DNA of 64,000 bases, taken from positions 1 to 64,000 of the IMG/VR virus record IMGVR_UViG_3300020573_000227; one strand, written 5' to 3'. Shown in pieces: positions 58,663 to 64,000 of the stretch. The translations under genes were made by a program, and so were the position numbers. The notes under the pieces were generated by a model. It searched no databases. It was not told the origin of the DNA and saw only the letters and a program-made list of their open reading frames with translations. Each line of letters starts with the position of its first letter. The stretch's first letter is position 1. The stretch is from a virus.

Positions 58663-58736
58663 GGATTGTTGGTGAAGTTGGTTATCATGCCACCCTGTCA
58701 CGGTGGAGTTCACGGGTTCGAGTCCCGTACAGTCCG
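58663..58736 (+). tRNA. trnD: tRNA-Asp(GUC)
   Basis: GGATTGT/ACAGTCC acceptor; CCACC-CTGTCAC-GGTGG. Confidence 0.92.
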
Positions 58737-58745
58737 CAAAATATT

Positions 58746-58831
58746 GGAAGGATGGCAGAGTTGGTCTATCGCGTCGGTCTTGAAAACCGAAGTACTGAAA
58801 GGTACCGTGGGTTCGAATCCTACTCCTTCCG
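58746..58831 (+). tRNA. trnS: tRNA-Ser(UGA)
   Basis: GGAAGGA/TCCTTCC; TCGGT-CTTGAAA-ACCGA; long variable arm. Confidence 0.93.
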
Positions 58832-58930
58832 CAAAGAATTAACTAAGATACCGTAAAATCGGTAGGTGGTGATTCCAGATTTATCTGTGAACCATTTAAA
58901 CCCTGAAAGCAATGTTAGTTCTTTTTTTTT

Positions 58931-59002
58931 GCTCGGTTCGACTAGTGGTTAGGTCACCACCCTTTCACGGTGGTTGCACGGGTTCGAATCCCGTACCGAG
59001 TA
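58931..59002 (+). tRNA. trnE: tRNA-Glu(UUC)
   Basis: GCTCGGT/ACCGAGT; CCACC-CTTTCAC-GGTGG. Confidence 0.92.
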
Positions 59003-59081
59003 CAATATTTTTTTTATATCAAGATATTGATTTACAATATTTTATTCTGTATATTTATCATATTATTAATATTTATAATAT

Positions 59082-59384
59082 ATGATAGATAAAATCACAT
59101 TATCGTTAATGTTATTTTTTAACACATTAACATCATCTATCGACCCAAGTCTTTCCGATGAAAGAAAGTCAGTCAATCAAATAAAAAAAGAGATTAAGTC
59201 TCTTGAAAGAAAGATTGAATGGGTTGAAGTAACAGATGAGAATTACGCTAGCAGGGCCGTCAAAACCAAAGAAATCACGGACGAGATTACCAAATTGAAT
59301 GGTAAAATTGTAAAGATTGAGAAGGTAGCAATTTTAAAAGAGAAATGGGCTAAGGAAGATTCCTTAACCAAATCGAAAAAATGA
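59082..59384 (+). CDS. Putative exported coiled-coil protein
   Basis: Hydrophobic N-terminus followed by heptad pattern. Confidence 0.55.
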   Translation: MIDKITLSLMLFFNTLTSSIDPSLSDERKSVNQIKKEIKSLERKIEWVEVTDENYASRAVKTKEITDEITKLNGKIVKIEKVAILKEKWAKEDSLTKSKK

Positions 59385-59830
59385 AAAAAATTTTTTTAGT
59401 GCTGACGTTACTTTTGGGAGTGGAAGTCGTGGCAAATGGACAAGAGTGGTTTATAACCGCCACTCGAAAAGGCGGTCCATCAGATGGTTATATAACAGGT
59501 GGTTTTATGAAAAAAGGTTGGGGGTTCTATGCTGGTCTTCCTTATGGTGAAATAGGTGGTACTAATGGTGGAATTTCAATTCCTCCTGGCGTCAACACTA
59601 AAACAGGAAATGTGTCTGATAACATGAAGTTTGGTGTTCTTAGACAAGTAAAAGAGGACAAGGCGATTGTTGGATTTGGATTACAACCAACGATTGATGG
59701 TAACAAACCAAATTTTCTTATAATGTACAATCCACTTAGACCAAGTAGTGTTTTAAATCTATGGACAATTGGTAATATGGTTGGTGATGATTTTACATTA
59801 GGACTTGGATTATCGTATAAAGTCAAATAA
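59381..59830 (+). CDS. Small putative outer-membrane beta-barrel protein
   Basis: Signal peptide ending ANG-Q; Gly-rich strands; ends LGLGLSYKVK. Confidence 0.6.
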   Translation: MKKIFLVLTLLLGVEVVANGQEWFITATRKGGPSDGYITGGFMKKGWGFYAGLPYGEIGGTNGGISIPPGVNTKTGNVSDNMKFGVLRQVKEDKAIVGFGLQPTIDGNKPNFLIMYNPLRPSSVLNLWTIGNMVGDDFTLGLGLSYKVK

Positions 59831-59945
59831 AAATTTTAGTTAATTTAATTCCCCGAACAAACTAAAAAATGTTCGGGGTTTTTTTATACCATATTTTTTT
59901 GTTATATTTAAATTATAGTTCTTTGATGTATTGGAAAAACAAAAT

Positions 59946-60030
59946 GCCTGGGTGATGAAATGGTATACATGACAGACTTAAAATCTGTTGAGCAGAAACG
60001 CTCGTGCGGGTTCAAGTCCCGCCCCAGGTA
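59946..60030 (+). tRNA. trnL: tRNA-Leu(UAA)
   Basis: GCCTGGG/CCCAGGT; ACAGA-CTTAAAA-TCTGT; long variable arm. Confidence 0.92.
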
Positions 60031-60182
60031 CAAATGTAATGACTCAGAAATGAGTGACGGAACGGACGCTATGTATGAAATGGAAACTTTTGAATCACGT
60101 ACAAAGGTGATAATTAGACACAAACCGTACAGACATTACATTTAAACACTATCGTTCTTTGAAAATAAAGGAGAAAATTAAT

Positions 60183-60431
60183 ATGGACATATTATCATTT
60201 ATTTTAGGAATGTCAATAGTTGTGGTTATCGCAGTTGCGGTAGTTGCGGTTATTGCCTTTGTTAAGGTTAATAAAACTAACAAAGAAATTGAAACGATTC
60301 ATACCATTATGGGCAATGAATCTGAAAGGTCGCATAGAGAGCGTGAAGAAGCAATTCAAAATGTTTATAGAACATTAGATTCACGACTTGATAAACTTGA
60401 GAGTAAAATAACAACAAGCCGTAAGGCATAA
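60183..60431 (+). CDS. Single-TM coiled-coil protein inside the tRNA array
   Basis: ATG 60183 MDILSFILGMSIVVVIAV...; AAGGAG 9 nt upstream. Confidence 0.65.
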   Translation: MDILSFILGMSIVVVIAVAVVAVIAFVKVNKTNKEIETIHTIMGNESERSHREREEAIQNVYRTLDSRLDKLESKITTSRKA

Positions 60432-60471
60432 CGATTAAATAAAAACTTTCAAAGACGATAGTGTTATTTTT

Positions 60472-60545
60472 GGTTCCGTAGCTCAGTTGGATAGAGCAAC
60501 ATCCTTCTAAGATGTGGGTCTTTGGTTCGAATCCAAACGGGATCA
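60472..60545 (+). tRNA. trnR: tRNA-Arg(UCU)
   Basis: GGTTCCG/CGGGATC; ACATC-CTTCTAA-GATGT. Confidence 0.92.
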
Positions 60546-60555
60546 CGTAAATTTT

Positions 60556-60629
60556 GGACTTGTAGCTCACTCGGTTAGAGCGGCACACTCATAATGTGAA
60601 GGTAATAGGTTCGATTCCTATCTGGTCCA
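60556..60629 (+). tRNA. tRNA with CAU anticodon (probably Ile2, possibly elongator Met)
   Basis: GGACTTG/CTGGTCC; CACA-CTCATAA-TGTG; lacks initiator features. Confidence 0.8.
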
Positions 60630-60825
60630 CAAACAATTAACTCATGGGTCTCCGATGGAAGTCCGCAAGAAAAATAGATGTTTTTCATCCATCAAAAAAT
60701 TACCATAGAGACCGCTAAATCGAGTTAGTGAAAATCTACATTCTCATTGGTAATCATTCATGACACCTACCGGTGGTTCCACACTAAGGTTATGTGAGGC
60801 TTCGGCTGATAAAAGGGTGTTATAT

Positions 60826-60976
60826 TGTAGTGTGACGAAATTGGCAAACGTGCCCTCCTGTCTCGGGGGTGTGGACAAAGAAATAGATTGATAATATTAG
60901 GGGGTAGACCACCAGCTTGCAAGCGTCATGTTATCAGTTGAATCTCCACTTGGTGGTTCGAACCCATCCACTACAG
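60826..60976 (+). ncRNA. 151-nt tRNA-like RNA with 82-nt variable arm
   Basis: TGTAGTG/CACTACA acceptor; Leu-like D arm; CCCTC-CTGTCTC-GGGGG; GGTGG-TTCGAAC-CCATC T arm. Confidence 0.75.
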
Positions 60977-60993
60977 CATTAAATTTTTAAAAT

Positions 60994-61347
60994 ATGATAA
61001 AAGAACAAATTATAAACCTCATCTATTCTCTAATCTTATTTTTATTAGGATCGGTAGGACATTGGTACATTATGTATTGGCAGTTTAAATTACCTAATTG
61101 GATTAAAACCCCATGGCCATATATGATTTCTATTGTATGTACGTTCTTATGGATTTTGGCGTCACATTATGGTGTAAAGGCATTCAATGGTGAAATGTGG
61201 AGTAACCGATTTTTATTCTTTGTAACCGGTATCGTCATTGCAGCAATGTTATATCCATATCATTTTGGTCAACCGTTTACCGTTAAAACTATGGTACAAT
61301 TAATATTGGCGTTTACAATAATTTTAATTTCACTTTTTTGGAAATAA
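60994..61347 (+). CDS. Four-TM membrane protein (DMT/EamA-like half)
   Basis: Four hydrophobic helices in 117 aa. Confidence 0.55.
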   Translation: MIKEQIINLIYSLILFLLGSVGHWYIMYWQFKLPNWIKTPWPYMISIVCTFLWILASHYGVKAFNGEMWSNRFLFFVTGIVIAAMLYPYHFGQPFTVKTMVQLILAFTIILISLFWK

Positions 61348-61397
61348 ATTTTTTTATTTGATTTTTATTTCTTATATTTTATTATAACCTATTAACT

Positions 61398-61619
61398 ATG
61401 AAATGTATTAAAGCAATTAAAGAAACCAAATCCTACAAATTAGGAGAAATTCGTAGAACTGATGATATTGATGCCAACCAAAAAGTGGTAAGTGGTGTTT
61501 GGAAGTTTATTCCAAAATCAGAATGGAAGGGTGAAAAGAAAACAAAAGTCATTGAGGTTCAACACGATATGGGTGGTTCTTATGAAGTTAAGAACGAAAA
61601 GAAAAAAAATAAAAAATAA
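61398..61619 (+). CDS. Small basic hypothetical protein
   Basis: 73 aa; WKFIPKSEWK. Confidence 0.55.
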   Translation: MKCIKAIKETKSYKLGEIRRTDDIDANQKVVSGVWKFIPKSEWKGEKKTKVIEVQHDMGGSYEVKNEKKKNKK

Positions 61620-61631
61620 TTTAATTATTAT

Positions 61632-61690
61632 TTTGTTTTTACAAAAACTCTTCGTATATTTGTAAAACAATAAGAGAAAAAGTTCTTTGA
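61632..61690 (+). promoter_or_regulatory. Bacteroidota promoter plus boxA-like element driving the large ncRNA
   Basis: TTTG (61632) - 19 nt - TATATTTG (61655); GTTCTTTGA at 61682-61690. Confidence 0.7.
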
Positions 61691-61700
61691 ATTAAAAATA

Positions 61701-62503
61701 TTGGCCGCCTATGGTCGATTAAAATAAACCATGAAAGTGGGATAAAGTGACGAACCTTTGGTTGAGGTAAGTTGCGGTTTCAGAAATGGAACTCGAGTAG
61801 GCAAGTGGAGTATCGTTGAACCTTAAGTACTGAGGGTAACACTTTAGGGAAAGTGGTTTGACGACCAAGCAATCCGAGTTGTTTGGTTGAGGTGGGAACA
61901 CCAATAAGAATAATCCATAGAGTTATTACAAGAAGTAGGACCTCCAATCTTACAATTGTGTGATTCAATATGATGGGAATCTTAAAACCGAAAGGTATGG
62001 TGAAGTACGAGTGGTGTCGTTATCATCCTTTATTAGACTCTACCAAGGGTTTAGTACTGAAGGGGTCCAAAAATATGGTGGCAGGGATGTTACAGAGAGT
62101 AGTTTAGTATCGAGTCGTTCAAAAGATGGCTTGGCTGGTCGACGAACCGCTACTTTCCAAATTCGGAAACTAAATTTTGTTAATTCAGGTTTAACAACTT
62201 AAACATAACAAGAAAAAGTGTTCGTCAGTCGTTGTAGACAGGTGGCTACATAGTCGTGAGGGGTTCACGGCCACAAAGGGTCTCAAGCCCGATGTGATTT
62301 TTAAAAAAGTTCTCTAGACCCGCAAGGTTGAATCAGGGAGGCATCTTTGATGAGTAATGAGTATTAAAAGAGTATATAACGACTCAAGGATTGGTTAATC
62401 TAATTGACCGCCGCTGATTGGTACTACTCAAAAGGTAGTGGAAAGGGGAAGAATCAAATAATGTCCCTAAGTCAATTATTAAGACATGTATTCTCAGTGT
62501 TTT
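61701..62503 (+). ncRNA. Large structured ncRNA, GOLLD-like (~800 nt)
   Basis: Purine/GC-enriched, no credible ORF, many hairpins with GNRA loops, long-range helix 62227-62236/62375-62384, terminal AAGACA-TGTATTCTCAG-TGTTTT hairpin, next to tRNAs. Confidence 0.65.
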
Positions 62504-62574
62504 ATTTTCTTTGTTTAATAAAACAAAGTGGTGGAATCGAAACGAATTAAAACCGTTTGGCCCAAAGAAATTAG

Positions 62575-62598
62575 TCATAAGAAATTATGACTTTTTTT
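62575..62598 (+). terminator. Intrinsic terminator after the large ncRNA
   Basis: GTCATAA-GAAA-TTATGAC followed by T7. Confidence 0.75.
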
Positions 62599-62615
62599 AT
62601 GCCCTATTTATTACT

Positions 62616-63242
62616 ATGGAAGAAATGAGAAAAATAATGGATATTGAACACGAAAGTTTAGATTATATATCTAATTTTTTTAATAATTTTGATTATAATA
62701 ATCCAAATTTAGATATTTGTAAAATTGGTGAAATTAGGAACGATTTAATTTATTATAATGAAAATGTGTCCTTAAGAACGTATTACCACTTCCCAATTGA
62801 CAAATCTATAATTGTTCATTTTAAGGATAAAAAATTAACCGAGGAATTAACAAAATTTGTTGATTATTTAAAAACAATTTATAACATAAAATACCTATGG
62901 TTAATGATATATTCACCAACATCTTTTTTAAACTTTCATTGGGACCATGGTAAAAATAGACATATAATTTCGTTGAATCGTAATGAAAGATTTTTTAATT
63001 ATGAAAATAATAATCTAATTAGAAATAATGGACAAACTAAATGTAATTTATACAATGAAAAATTGTTAGAACAAAAAGATAATATCGATTCTTTTAATGA
63101 ATTTTTTACTAATGATTCCGAACTTTCTAATATTCATGTTTTAGACACTAAATCTGTTTATGTGTTTGGCAATTCATTACATACGTTTGTAAATGCGTCT
63201 GATAAGTTAAGATCTGCCTTGGTATTTGAAATTATCGAATAA
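62616..63242 (+). CDS. 2OG-Fe(II) oxygenase (Asp/Asn beta-hydroxylase-like)
   Basis: Likely start ATG 62616 after TATTTAT; FHWD...HIISL...LHTFVN...R..LVF. Confidence 0.6.
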   Translation: MEEMRKIMDIEHESLDYISNFFNNFDYNNPNLDICKIGEIRNDLIYYNENVSLRTYYHFPIDKSIIVHFKDKKLTEELTKFVDYLKTIYNIKYLWLMIYSPTSFLNFHWDHGKNRHIISLNRNERFFNYENNNLIRNNGQTKCNLYNEKLLEQKDNIDSFNEFFTNDSELSNIHVLDTKSVYVFGNSLHTFVNASDKLRSALVFEIIE

Positions 63243-63260
63243 TTTATTTACATTTGTTAT

Positions 63261-64000
63261 ATGAAAATAGTTTGTATATCTGATACCCATAGTTTACATA
63301 GAATTATGGATGACATTAATCCATTACCGGAAGGTGATATATTAATTCATGCTGGTGATTGTACAAACGTGGGTAAACCTCATGAGGTAAAAGAATTTGT
63401 TGAGTGGTTTATGAACATTGAAGGTTTTGACAGTAAGATATTCATTGCGGGTAATCATGATTGGGCATTTGAAAATCATAGATACCCACATCACAAAGGT
63501 GACTACGATTGGTATTATAATTTAATGAATGAAGAGAACCTTTCACAATCAAATGTAACTTATTTGGAAGATACAAACTTCACAATTGAATCTCCCGAAT
63601 TTTCGAGACCCATTAAAATACACGGTAGTCCGTGGCAACCCAATTTTTATGATTGGGCATTTAATTTACCAAGAATGGGTGATGAAATTAAAGGTAAATG
63701 GGACATGATACCAGACGATACTGATATTTTAATTACACACGGACCACCACAAGAAATTAGGGATTTTGTGAGTAATTGGAGACAAGGTGATATGAATGTT
63801 GGGTGTGAATTATTAAGGTATGAATTGGATAATAGACTCAAACCAATATTACACGTATTTGGACATATTCATGGGGCATATGGTGGAGCACACATCAAAG
63901 ATACCCTTTATGTTAATGCTTCAACGTGTAATGATAGGTACGTACCTTCAAATAAACCAATCGTGGTGGAATTAAACGAATATGACGGTCAGATAATAGC
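63261..64000 (+). CDS. Calcineurin-like metallophosphoesterase (runs off the window)
   Basis: Not in ORF track; MKIVCISDTH...IHAGD...IAGNHD...LITHGPP...HVFGHIH. Confidence 0.9.
   Translation, partial: MKIVCISDTHSLHRIMDDINPLPEGDILIHAGDCTNVGKPHEVKEFVEWFMNIEGFDSKIFIAGNHDWAFENHRYPHHKGDYDWYYNLMNEENLSQSNVTYLEDTNFTIESPEFSRPIKIHGSPWQPNFYDWAFNLPRMGDEIKGKWDMIPDDTDILITHGPPQEIRDFVSNWRQGDMNVGCELLRYELDNRLKPILHVFGHIHGAYGGAHIKDTLYVNASTCNDRYVPSNKPIVVELNEYDGQII

Noticed and set aside
60826-60976. tmRNA, tRNA-Sec or group I intron-containing tRNA
   Set aside because: No G3-U70 or tag ORF, no UCA anticodon, and the insert is too short and lies in the variable arm
61719-62578. Short ORFs at 61719, 61780, 61960 and 62384
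   Set aside because: Inside the large structured RNA, with atypical composition and no family signal
1-64000. Stop-codon recoding, inteins, reverse transcriptase/DGR or transposases
   Set aside because: Core genes are full-length in code 11, no suppressor tRNA, and no such motifs were recognised

Overview
AT-rich 64-kb segment of a large T4-like (jumbo/huge) dsDNA phage, most probably infecting Bacteroidota (TTTG-N19/20-TAnnTTTG promoters, near-absence of Shine-Dalgarno sites, Bacteroidota-type bS21 and signal peptides). In order it holds: the 5' part of a family-B DNA polymerase; Pro/Thr- and Ser/Gly/Thr-rich virion proteins (one with a LamG-like and an FKBP domain); glycosyl/acetyltransferases, dUTPase, PhoH and a phage sigma factor; baseplate-like genes; a T4-type head module (major capsid, scaffold, prohead protease, portal, large terminase) with an antisense ribosomal protein bS21 gene inside it; divergent Hsp20 / N-domain-less ClpC; an RNA-repair module (kinase, Rnl1 ligase, cyclic-phosphate receiver-like domain); an 11.5-kb operon of secreted and outer-membrane proteins (CsgG-like, beta-barrels, cohesin/dockerin-like, T9SS-CTD-like lipoproteins); and an RNA island with 7 tRNAs, several self-closing structured spacers, a 151-nt tRNA-like RNA with an 82-nt variable arm, boxA-like sites and an ~800-nt GOLLD-like RNA. 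The best candidates for undescribed biology are the surface/outer-membrane operon, the RNA island, and a set of recurrent short peptide tags that may load cargo enzymes into the capsid. All family calls come from motif recognition by eye; no searches were run.
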